From: a virus
Lineage: Duplodnaviria; Caudoviricetes
DNA length: 25,475 bases
Virus record (IMG/VR): IMGVR_UViG_3300042478_001867
Span: 1 to 25,475 of that record
Strand: one strand, 5' to 3'
Shown here: piece after piece, positions 8,510 to 17,900 of the stretch
How the letters are laid out: each line of letters opens with the position of its first letter
How positions within the stretch are numbered: position 1 is the stretch's first letter
Program-made: the position numbers and the translations under genes
The notes under the pieces: model-generated
Databases searched by the model: none
Seen by the model: only the letters and a program-made list of their open reading frames with translations
What the model was told of the DNA's origin: nothing

Positions 8510-9359
8510 CTTTAACGGAAACCGAGACGAAGCAATCGCACTCATTCGCGGCGTGGTTGCACAGCTTGTTGGGCGAGCCCCAGATTCGCACGGGATTGCC
8601 CGTGGGGTTTTTTATGCGATCGGACTCGCGGCACTGTCCGACGTCCAAGAGGCCTTCATAGTCAAATCGCGAGGGGGGACGGATGAGGCTGGGATAAGTT
8701 GGCCGAAGCTTTCAAAGAAGTATCTGGCTTACGGCCGTCGCTTCGGACCTGGGGAACAAGCTGCGCTCAAACGAGCTGCGGGGCTTGGCAAAGGTCACAA
8801 TCGAGGAGTCGGTGGAAATCGCGTTGTGGGAAGTCGATGGGAAGATGATGTACTCCAACCTGTATTCGGCGGGAACACGGGACTGCTTACCGCGGCCCAA
8901 CAGAAACGATGGAAAACCGTCTTTGCTCAAACCTTTGCATGGGCCATGGCGAGGTTCGGGGAAAAGCAAGCCAAAGCGATCGCGGCGAGCCACGCATGGA
9001 ATGTGCTCAAATCCGAAGGGGCCAAAACCAAGCTAGAAGTCTACGGTAATCGCGTTGTCGACATCCTGAGGGACACGGGCGTCCTCTTCAACTCAATATC
9101 CCCTGGATACCTCGATGGGAATGAATACACCCCACCAGCCGGGGACGGGGGCGAAAAACAGGTATTCCGCGCCCTGCAGGACGGCATCGTCATTGGTACA
9201 ACAGTCGCATACGCGGGGGCGCACAACAAAGGAAAGGGAGTCCCCAAGCGTCAGATCTTCCCGGAACGCATCCCAGCGGTATGGGCACGGCGATGGGCAG
9301 GCGTGGGCCTCCAAGCGATCGGAAACGGCATGCGGCAAGCATTCGGGGAGGCAGCATGA
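8502..9359 (+). CDS. Phage virion morphogenesis protein (Mu gpG-like / tail completion)
   Basis: Family motifs WPKLSKKY, ILRDTGVLFNSI, IGTTVAYAGAHNKG and PKRQIF. Confidence 0.8.
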   Translation: MVDFNGNRDEAIALIRGVVAQLVGRAPDSHGIARGVFYAIGLAALSDVQEAFIVKSRGGTDEAGISWPKLSKKYLAYGRRFGPGEQAALKRAAGLGKGHNRGVGGNRVVGSRWEDDVLQPVFGGNTGLLTAAQQKRWKTVFAQTFAWAMARFGEKQAKAIAASHAWNVLKSEGAKTKLEVYGNRVVDILRDTGVLFNSISPGYLDGNEYTPPAGDGGEKQVFRALQDGIVIGTTVAYAGAHNKGKGVPKRQIFPERIPAVWARRWAGVGLQAIGNGMRQAFGEAA

Positions 9360-9934
9360 TCGAAGGCGAAGTATGCGTACTTGAAGGGGTGCGGGACGTC
9401 TTACGGCGCAAGCTCAGTCTGTCTGATGGGCAATGCGATTGTGAGTTCGACGACCAAGTGCCGTCGATTGCATCGGACGTCTATTTTGCCGTCATCGGGG
9501 CAGGCATCGCACCCGGCCCCACACATCGGCCAAGCGGTGGAGTTCGTGATGTCATTCATTCCGTTCAGGTCCTCGTGATACAGCGATCGTTCACCGCAAG
9601 GGATCAAAGGCGTTCCATCTATTTGAATCGCTTGCATGGGCTCAATGCGGACCTCGGACGGGTTTTTGCTGCGCTCGATTGGCAACATGACCTTTTGAGT
9701 TACATTAACGCATTGTTGTTTCGAGACAGCCCGAGCGCTCAGCCTTTTATCGAAATGCTCAGATACGAACGCGTCGACGCCAAGCCGAGAATGGTCAACT
9801 CGGACCTATTCGCAGGCATGAACCCAGGAGGCAAAGGGACAACACCATTCGTCGCAATGGCGAGGTCGATCTATTTCGGTGGCTTGCGTCGAATCCAAAC
9901 CGTCGGGCAACTCAATAAGGCGGCGAGAATATGA
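9356..9934 (+). CDS. Putative tail terminator/neck protein
   Basis: The ATGA overlap at 9356-9359 with a GGGGAGG RBS defines the start. Size (192 aa) and position fit a tail terminator. Function is inferred from synteny only. Confidence 0.5.
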   Translation: MIEGEVCVLEGVRDVLRRKLSLSDGQCDCEFDDQVPSIASDVYFAVIGAGIAPGPTHRPSGGVRDVIHSVQVLVIQRSFTARDQRRSIYLNRLHGLNADLGRVFAALDWQHDLLSYINALLFRDSPSAQPFIEMLRYERVDAKPRMVNSDLFAGMNPGGKGTTPFVAMARSIYFGGLRRIQTVGQLNKAARI

Positions 9935-10437
9935 ACTGGAAGAATCCAAGCGTATCAAACAATCCTGCATTCCGGTCGGAGTCGAATCCGAATGACCCGA
10001 TTGCAGCGATTCTCGCAGCGATCAAGCCATTACCGATGGCGACATCGGACGCGGGTATCGTCATCCCTGACGAAAGAACAACGCGGCAACGCAATTTCGC
10101 CTTTTGCTCGAACCCAGAATGCTCAGAGCAGGGAATGGAATTTCGCTTTGAAATCCAAAACGACCTGGTTCCCTGCCCAAAGTGCGGCGCTTGCCAAGCT
10201 CCGATGGTTGGGATCCTAGCCAAAACTCACTTGCTCGTAAGGGACCCGATGGGCCATATCGTCGGGCAAGGTGGATTGCGTTATCGCATTGGATGCGACG
10301 TCGAGAACAAGCGGCACGTTATTTCAACCATTTACAACCACGAATTAGCGACTTCTGATCGAGCGACGGCTAACTGCTTGGACTGCTTGATCGAAGTGCC
10401 ACAAAACTACCGAACCGGATTTTCAATCCACAACTAA
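9931..10437 (+). CDS. Cys-rich putative zinc-ribbon protein
   Basis: Motifs CSNPEC, CPKCGAC and NCLDC. ATGA-coupled to the upstream gene. Confidence 0.6.
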   Translation: MNWKNPSVSNNPAFRSESNPNDPIAAILAAIKPLPMATSDAGIVIPDERTTRQRNFAFCSNPECSEQGMEFRFEIQNDLVPCPKCGACQAPMVGILAKTHLLVRDPMGHIVGQGGLRYRIGCDVENKRHVISTIYNHELATSDRATANCLDCLIEVPQNYRTGFSIHN

Positions 10438-10447
10438 GGGGCATACC

Positions 10448-10984
10448 ATGGGCTTCGTCGCCGGTGCATATTTGATGGGGTACAACGCGAAAGTCTGCGG
10501 GCAATCGCAAGATGGAATCGTCTTCGAAAGGCAAATTTACAAGCGTCTCATCACGGGCGATTGGATGGGCCAAGCGGCACAGGATGGGATGTATCTTGGC
10601 GTCGACCTCTTGAGCAATGTCACGTTTATTGAGGCGGACGCGGCGGCGCTCAACGATATAATTCGTCCATACAATGCAGCGGGGGGATCGGCATTCGTCA
10701 ACGGCGTTGTTGGCATCCTGGATCGGCAGCACGGGGTTGCCAAGTCTCTGGTCCTCACTTCGCTTCTCACGGCTGCGGTCATCAACGCCAACGGCGGTAC
10801 CGGAGCGACGGCCGTGTTACCTTTGACGAGAACTCTACCACGTACGGCTCTCGCAGAAAACTTCCCGATCCGAGAGTTACTCGGGACCAACCTGCGCGAC
10901 GTCCCTCTTCGGATGCGACACTACCCAACGCCACATACCCAGTCGACCGGAACGGGCGGCGGGGAATTCGGCACGGAAACCTAG
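10448..10984 (+). CDS. Putative tail tube (major tail) protein
   Basis: 178 aa. N-terminal FVAGAY...GQSQDGIVF resembles tail-tube beta-hairpin starts. Located before the chaperone-like and tape-measure-like genes. Confidence 0.55.
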   Translation: MGFVAGAYLMGYNAKVCGQSQDGIVFERQIYKRLITGDWMGQAAQDGMYLGVDLLSNVTFIEADAAALNDIIRPYNAAGGSAFVNGVVGILDRQHGVAKSLVLTSLLTAAVINANGGTGATAVLPLTRTLPRTALAENFPIRELLGTNLRDVPLRMRHYPTPHTQSTGTGGGEFGTET

Positions 10985-10987
10985 CCG

Positions 10988-11320
10988 ATGATACAAAAGA
11001 CCTGGAGGATTCACACGGGCCAAAAGTCGATCGAGGTTGATCGAGGTGGAGAGGTATCGACCTTTTCCTATGACATCGTAGAAATGAAGCTCTTGGCTGA
11101 GGAACTGGAAATCAAGCATGGAATGCGCAAGCCTGACACCAACAAGGTTTCCGGACCAACGATAGCTTTCCTGAAAGAGTATGCCTCTGCCCTAGATCAT
11201 CTTGGGATTCCAGGATGCACAAGCGACACGGCTTTCCGGTTCTACAACTTAATCGGAACGCAATTCGTATTGATGACTAACGAACTTCAATCGCAATGCG
11301 AAAGCATGGCTAAGGGATAG
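10988..11320 (+). CDS. Putative tail assembly chaperone (paralog of 14403-14903)
   Basis: 110 aa, between the tube-like and tape-measure-like genes. Shares a PTxxFLKxxAxxLxxxG...CxxxxAxxFxxLI pattern with the 14403 ORF. Confidence 0.5.
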   Translation: MIQKTWRIHTGQKSIEVDRGGEVSTFSYDIVEMKLLAEELEIKHGMRKPDTNKVSGPTIAFLKEYASALDHLGIPGCTSDTAFRFYNLIGTQFVLMTNELQSQCESMAKG

Positions 11321-11326
11321 TATGGC

Positions 11327-12664
11327 ATGGCATCTGATGCAGAATTGGTTATACGTCTGCTTGGTGATAGCACGCCGGAGGAAAGCGAGGCTATCAGTAC
11401 GTCCGTCCCAAGGGATCCGGGCGTGCAGGACTATCCGCGCGCAAACCCAAACGCATCCGAGACGACTGCAACAACTCGACCGGAATCCGGACATCAGTCG
11501 GATGGCACGGGGCTGGAACGCCATTCCCTCGAGGGAGCTGTCTCCGACCTGAGAGAGACAATCCAAGTTCTCAACGATAAGCTCAAGCCAGAGCTATTCG
11601 AGCGACCCGTAGAGGATTTCTCTCGTAACCTCGATCGCTTCCTTTCGGAGTATCAAAAGAAAGAAAGCCAACGATTGGGGGCAACCGAGTCGGAACCAAA
11701 TAGGCAAGACAGCAATTCGACCTCGCAACCAGAAAGTAACCCTCGAAGTACTTTCGGCAAGTTGCGAGAGACGGGACGTCGGTTCTTAGACAGTGTCGAA
11801 AAGCGATCACCAACAGCGCGGACAATCCGAACCGGTTTTCGACTCGGAAAGGCAGTGGGGCAACGATTCACAAAGAGAGCCAGAACGCTTGCAACCAGCG
11901 TTGGCAAAACTCGATTTGGCAAGGCAGTAACAAGTGTCTCGTCTAAAGTCGCTGCGAGGTTTGGAGTAGGAGCTGCAAGCACGGCAACAACAGCGGCAAC
12001 GGCGGCAACGGCGGCAACTGCAGCGCCAGCGGCTGCAAGTGCCGGTGCAGCGGCGATCGGTGGGGTAGGAGTCGCGGTGGGAGGCGTAGTAGCCGGAATG
12101 GCAGCGCTTGCAATTGCTACTGGCGTGTTAGTAAAGAAGTTCAACGATGCGGCGGACGACATCGAAAGATTTTCCCCAGATGTATCACTTGCCAGGGCAC
12201 GAAGCCGAGCAAACACCGAACTAAACTTACTCGATCGAGCACAGCGCATCGGTCCAGCATCGGGACGATTAGAAGCGTCCAAGGGCGCTCTTGGCAATCA
12301 AGTTGAGAAGCTGCTTACTGACCTTCTCGATCTTGTGTCGAAGTTTCAGCCACAGTTAAGCGCCGGAATCAATACAGCGGAGGCAATTGTCATCAGTATT
12401 CGTGGCATGGTTGCTGCGATCGAGCGGATACTGGGTGAGATTGAAGCGTACAAAGCTTTGCTAACCCCCCTGGATCCTGCGGACGACGCGGCGGCGGCGG
12501 CGAGAAACGCAAAAGCCGAAAAAGACTTCGCAGACCGCATGGCAGATCTAGCCCTAAAATTGAATGAAGCTTGGTTGAACCTGCAAGGCAACGCGCAGCA
12601 GAATCAGCAACAGATCGATCCAATGTTGCTGCAAATTATGAACTCCAAATTCGGAGGGCCATGA
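11327..12664 (+). CDS. Short tape-measure-like protein
   Basis: Ala-rich helical protein with a hydrophobic Gly/Ala/Val segment (AIGGVGVAVGGVVAGMAALAIATGVLV). Located after the tube-like and chaperone-like genes. Confidence 0.55.
   Translation: MASDAELVIRLLGDSTPEESEAISTSVPRDPGVQDYPRANPNASETTATTRPESGHQSDGTGLERHSLEGAVSDLRETIQVLNDKLKPELFERPVEDFSRNLDRFLSEYQKKESQRLGATESEPNRQDSNSTSQPESNPRSTFGKLRETGRRFLDSVEKRSPTARTIRTGFRLGKAVGQRFTKRARTLATSVGKTRFGKAVTSVSSKVAARFGVGAASTATTAATAATAATAAPAAASAGAAAIGGVGVAVGGVVAGMAALAIATGVLVKKFNDAADDIERFSPDVSLARARSRANTELNLLDRAQRIGPASGRLEASKGALGNQVEKLLTDLLDLVSKFQPQLSAGINTAEAIVISIRGMVAAIERILGEIEAYKALLTPLDPADDAAAAARNAKAEKDFADRMADLALKLNEAWLNLQGNAQQNQQQIDPMLLQIMNSKFGGP
11981..12030 (+). 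repeat. 9-nt-period in-frame repeat (GCGGCAACN) encoding TAA-TAA-TAA
   Basis: The sequence ACGGCAACAACAGCGGCAACGGCGGCAACGGCGGCAACTGCAGCGCCAGC is read directly. Confidence 0.75.
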
Positions 12665-14406
12665 TAGTGGGCATGTCCTCGATAAGATACAACGGCTATC
12701 AATTCAACGATCGGTCAACTTACGGAGTTGTTGAGCAATATGTCTACGACGATTCTGAAAGGACTGTAAAGGCGGTTCGCTTTACCCTGAACGTCAAGAC
12801 GATCATCACGGGGAATGCGGGAGCGTCCTACACTCCAGGTACGGAAGATGCAACAACGTTTGCCGGGTTGAACGTCCACAACGCTCGGCAATTGCTTTCC
12901 AAACCCGCCGGGATACTAGACATCAAGCATGATGGTTTAGGTCCGTGGTGGGAAATCAATGGCTATTCCCTCAAAGACATTTCCTGGGGACCCAAACCGC
13001 GTTTCTTGCGTTGGGATCCTATCGGACATACCAACGCGGCGGAAGTCGAATGGGAATGCGAATTCGAGATTGCCATATGCGATGGCACTCGACCGCCAGC
13101 GTTGTCCGGCATTGCTCAATTCTCCTATTCCGTATCCTTCTCGATCGATCAGAAGGGATACACAACGCGACGAATATCGGGCGTCGTCGAAATCGCTTTG
13201 ACACGCCTCACACAGATGTCGAATTGGCTTACGGATTCGGTCGATCGGTGGAAGGATCAAATCACATTCGGGAAGCCAACAAACTTCGAACGGCAATCCG
13301 AGTGGAGCATCAACCCGGACAAAAGAACCGCAACGTTTATCATCGTTGACTCGGAGATTCAAAGCCCCAACGCTTGGCCCCCTGGAGTTGTTGGGATTCA
13401 GGCTACGCACAGAGTAAACCGCAACCGCAATTCACTTGCGAGGGTGTCTCAAACACTCAGCGCGACAATCGAGCTTTCGCCCATTGAACCCAAGGTACGC
13501 ACGTGGTTGATTTTCCGTGACCTGTTTTTGTTGCGTATCGCATACCTAAGAGAGCTAGGAACGGGCGCGGCTATCTTCATCGAATCGATCGACATTGCTG
13601 AAGAAATCTATGCCAACAAAGCAAGCTTCCAAATCGTCTTCTATTACCTTGACCCCTCCAATATGGTGAACATGTTTTCGGGGACCGGTCTATTCCAACC
13701 TTTGTTGCAAGGTCCTAATCCATGGCTTGCTTGGGCTTCGTCCCTGCAACTAATCACTCCACACCAAGGAACGGGCGGCGACCGGGCCGCGGCGGGCTTG
13801 ATGCATGAATGGGGCAATGAGCGGATTATCGACCTTTGCAACCAAACACCCTTTGGCTTTACGCCGGGAAGATCGCCCGGAGCGTTCCCGCAAAACCCGC
13901 TCCAACCCGGATCACCAGGGCAACAACAACCACCTCCGCCATGGCAAGAGGGAAGCGTCCTATCGAATACCAAGCCATCCCCCCTGAGCAGTTGGTTGCA
14001 ATTTTCTGTCACTATCGAGGTGAAAGACGACCCGTGGGTCAGCACATCGGTTCAACTCGCACCTAACGCAACAATGCATCAGCCATTCAATCCACAGAGA
14101 CCAGATACGGGCATGCCTGTAGAGTCGGAGCAAATCAAGAGGTTTATCGAGGACAAGGCAGGATTCCAATCGATTATCGTGCGAGGGTATGCCGAGCGAA
14201 TCGGATACCCTGTACCAAAACCGGGTGGGCGAATCTTCATAGGAGGACAGGCCTACACTCCGGTGGGTAAGGGTGCATTTGGGATGAAATTTGATGGCGA
14301 TTATTTTGGTGTCCCAAAGTACTCCGCTTCATGGGCACAAGAGTATCGACTGCTCACCTTCCCGAATGACAACGATCCGAAGGAAGGTCAAGAGGGCGTC
14401 GAGTGA
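12661..14406 (+). CDS. Hypothetical tail/baseplate-proximal structural protein
   Basis: ATGA overlap with the tape-measure-like gene and GGAGG upstream. Beta-rich, ~581 aa. Function is inferred from position only. Confidence 0.5.
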   Translation: MIVGMSSIRYNGYQFNDRSTYGVVEQYVYDDSERTVKAVRFTLNVKTIITGNAGASYTPGTEDATTFAGLNVHNARQLLSKPAGILDIKHDGLGPWWEINGYSLKDISWGPKPRFLRWDPIGHTNAAEVEWECEFEIAICDGTRPPALSGIAQFSYSVSFSIDQKGYTTRRISGVVEIALTRLTQMSNWLTDSVDRWKDQITFGKPTNFERQSEWSINPDKRTATFIIVDSEIQSPNAWPPGVVGIQATHRVNRNRNSLARVSQTLSATIELSPIEPKVRTWLIFRDLFLLRIAYLRELGTGAAIFIESIDIAEEIYANKASFQIVFYYLDPSNMVNMFSGTGLFQPLLQGPNPWLAWASSLQLITPHQGTGGDRAAAGLMHEWGNERIIDLCNQTPFGFTPGRSPGAFPQNPLQPGSPGQQQPPPPWQEGSVLSNTKPSPLSSWLQFSVTIEVKDDPWVSTSVQLAPNATMHQPFNPQRPDTGMPVESEQIKRFIEDKAGFQSIIVRGYAERIGYPVPKPGGRIFIGGQAYTPVGKGAFGMKFDGDYFGVPKYSASWAQEYRLLTFPNDNDPKEGQEGVE

Positions 14407-14903
14407 TTATCGAATACGAATCACAATCCATCGAAGTATCCATGCTTGAGATGGCGAGGACAATCACGAAGCTTGCCGGGGCGTTGCCAGTTCGGAACTC
14501 GAACATGCGTCCCACCATGCCATTCTTGAAGCAAGTGGCCGAGCTTCTCGCAAGCAAAGGATTGAAGTGCGATACAACGGCGGCTTGGCAGTTTTGGCAG
14601 CTCATCACCGAAGCGATCGACGCTTACTCGCAAGCGATGGAAATTGAATCCGAAATAGCTTGGGAATATCACATCGACCCAACGCAGCTATCGGAAGAGA
14701 CCAAGCTGGGGCTAGAACGCAACATCGTGCGCAACCGAGCAAAGCAACGGTTGGCAAACGGCGACTATTCTCCCACCGATTACGAGGGTGTGTATAACTT
14801 AGCACTCTTGGCGACAGGGGACGAAGCGTACTCGCAGAAACTAAAAACCGAAGCCTTCAAACGCTTCGTCGATTCGCAAGCAAAACGAGGGCAACGAGCA
14901 TGA
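14403..14903 (+). CDS. Hypothetical protein; N-terminal half paralogous to 10988-11320
   Basis: GTGA and ATGA coupling on both sides. PTMPFLKQVAELLASKGLKCDTTAAWQFWQLI aligns by eye with PTIAFLKEYASALDHLGIPGCTSDTAFRFYNLI. Confidence 0.65.
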   Translation: MIIEYESQSIEVSMLEMARTITKLAGALPVRNSNMRPTMPFLKQVAELLASKGLKCDTTAAWQFWQLITEAIDAYSQAMEIESEIAWEYHIDPTQLSEETKLGLERNIVRNRAKQRLANGDYSPTDYEGVYNLALLATGDEAYSQKLKTEAFKRFVDSQAKRGQRA

Positions 14904-17900
14904 GTCAGTCATGGGAATTCGAGACGTACGTTGGGGTTGGAAATCGTCCGACGGGCGATGCGGCAAAAGCCATGACGGTACCGACAAAGGAGAATCCACG
15001 CGGAAACCCTCGCACGCAGCACTATCGCGGTCCTCACTACGTTTATTTCAATCAGCATCGCGATCTTCCACTCTTCACCTTTGAGACTATTCGTGTCATG
15101 CTGCGAGATCCGCAGGTTCGCTTGTGCCTCGCGATGCGAGCTGCCCCGCTTCAATCAGTCGAGTTCGCTTATCAAGATGGAATCGGCGAGGATGGGAAGC
15201 CTACTTGGATCCCTGGAGTCAAAGCTAAGAATCCAGTGGTTGCGGCATGGGTATTACGACAACTCCAAACGATATGGAATAATTACCTACCAGGAATCAT
15301 GCGATCGCAAGTATGGGGCTGGGCAGCAGGGGAAGTAACGTTGCGGCTATCTGATTCGAATCTCATTGAAATCGATCAATTGTTGCATCGGCACGCAAGG
15401 GATTGCCGCCTTATGGAATGGGAGCATGCGGGTACTCCCTGGGGTGTTCAAATCGACAACGTGAAGAACATGGGCGTTGTGCAACTCCCCTTTCCGTACT
15501 GCTACTTCATAAACTTCCGACCTGAAGACGGGGAGCGATACAGTTGTCCGATTCTGCTCGGAGCCTATTCGCCATGGTGTGACAAGTGGCTTAACGGCGG
15601 TGCGCTCGATACTCGACGCCTGTACATGCACAAAGATGCATACGGCGGCATGAAAGTGGGATACCCTGAGGAATCTGTATTTGTCGAAGGAAACGATAAC
15701 CCGGTACCAGCAAGGGATATTGCTCTGCAAATCGTAGAGCAACGCCAAGCGGGTGGAACTCTCACCTATCCGTCGACGCGCGACGATCAAGGCAACGAGA
15801 AGTGGATTATCGCAGAGGCAACAGTAGCTTCGAATCCCGAACACATTTTGAAGTATCCAAAAGACCTTGATGCGGAAATACGCCAAGGCATGGAGATCCC
15901 AGACGGTGCCATTTCCAACGACGGCGCTGGATCCTGGGAGGGCAAATCGCTTCCACTCGCAGCGTTCTACAGCGGTCTCGATTCGTGGGTGGTGCAAATT
16001 CTTTGCGACATTCGCCGCACTTTAGACCCGATCGCCCGAATGAATTTTGGGACCGACGTCGAATACGAGATCACCCATAAACCACTCGCACAATCGGCGA
16101 TGGAGCAACAGGGACAAAAGCAAGCTGGCACCGATCAAGGCCAAGCGATGCATGGCGACCCGTCAGGCATTATGAATCCAGCGGACCAAGGCATGCTGCA
16201 GCGCATGGGATCACTAGACCCCGTCGATGCGGTTGGCCGTGGTGTTCTTAGCGCTTCGTCAATCGTAGAAGCAGCTCGGAGAGCTTTGGATAATGGTGTC
16301 TTGAGGCTTTCGTTGAAAGAATCCGACGAGGGCGAAGACTCGGACGAAGAAGCCCTGGAACGCGCTAAAGCCATCGCGGAAATCCTCGAACACATCTACG
16401 GAGACGATGCGGAATCTCACTTCGACGAAATGTTCGGTTCGCAGGTCCAAAAAATGGGTTCATGGAACGCCATCGACCATCCGCGAGGACCAAACGGGCG
16501 ATTCATTCCCAAGTACAGCGCAGAGGCAGTATCAGCGGCCAAGGATGCCGTCAAGGAATCGCTACAGTCGAACAAGACACCTGAGAGTGCAAAAAAACTG
16601 GTCGAGCATTTGTCGTTGCTGAACGGCAAGCAACTTCGCGAACTGAAACAGGAATACGGTGTTTCGGCAGCAGGAAAGACCAAGCAATCTCTCGTAGAGA
16701 AGATCGCAGATCGCCTGGATCGAGGGAGACGTACTCCCAAGGATGACGCCGGTACCGAAACTCCCAAGGAAGACGCTCAGGCCTCGAGTGACACTGCTTT
16801 GAGCGACACTGCTTTGGCAGACAAAAGCTCGGAATCCAAAGCCGGGGAACCGAAGGCAAGGGAAAAGAAACCGTTCGTCTATCCAGACGGATCGACGCAG
16901 GTCTTCAACGCCGACGGAACCCCAGCGGCAACAACGGAAGCATTTTCAAAAGCCGAGGAATCTGGGGCGGATCCACGCGAGGCCGCAAAGGCTGCGGACC
17001 AACAAGAAGAAACCAAAAAGGAGTACGAATTCGCTCGCGACAGCGAAGTAGGCAACCGTGGCGAAGACCTTAAGAATTCAGCTCGACACAAGGTCAACGC
17101 TTGGAAAGGGCTAGCATCCGCCGAAACCGACGGGACAGCCGAAAAGCTTGTCAATCGCGACATGCTCTTGAAGCTTGAACCTCACAATTTGATGGAACAT
17201 GCAGACCGGGCGCCGTTGACGTCCTTGGCCATGCACTTTGCGATGAAAAGTTTTCCGCCAAACCCAGTTTACGGGAAGAACACGAAGAACACGCCCGAGC
17301 TTCGCAGTGACTACGTGGCAGCATATCAGAGCATCAAGGCTAAGGCCGAAGAGATTGCTTCCACTCATGACGATAAAGACTCGATAAAGTCCATTCGTAG
17401 ACTCCAAAGCCACGTCATGGGGATTGTCAACGAGCGGAGGAAAGCAAATCGCTTTGACAACCTCGCTAATAACTTGATCGGCTTGGCAAACTCTCTTGAG
17501 GTCAGCCGCTATGCAAGTAAGACGACCACGTATGGCAAGCTCAACGAGTTTGCCAGTGAGCTAAAAACCAAGTACGGAGACGAGTGGACAAACGCTTTCA
17601 ACGACGATAACACTCCGCAAGGAATGGAGTCCAAGCGGATCATGTTGGAAAAGGCTGCGGAACACGCAAAGGATGTCATTGAAGGGAAGTCCATCAATGC
17701 GACCTTCGGAAAAGAAAGCAAGACCGGGGCCAAAAGAAAAGATTTTGAGCTTAAGAACCTGTACGGTCAAAAGGCTGAAAGAATGGGCGGGAGGGATCTT
17801 TCGTCGATAACTTCGGACCCAAACAAAGCAGTCGACCATTTGATAGACGAATATGGTTTGAGGGGCTTTCAGTGGGGCAATTCAGTCACGGATTCAGAGC

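Noticed and set aside
11280-11330. Programmed frameshift at the end of the chaperone-like gene
   Set aside because: No X-XXY-YYZ slippery sequence was seen, and the next long ORF begins 6 nt after the stop with its own ATG.
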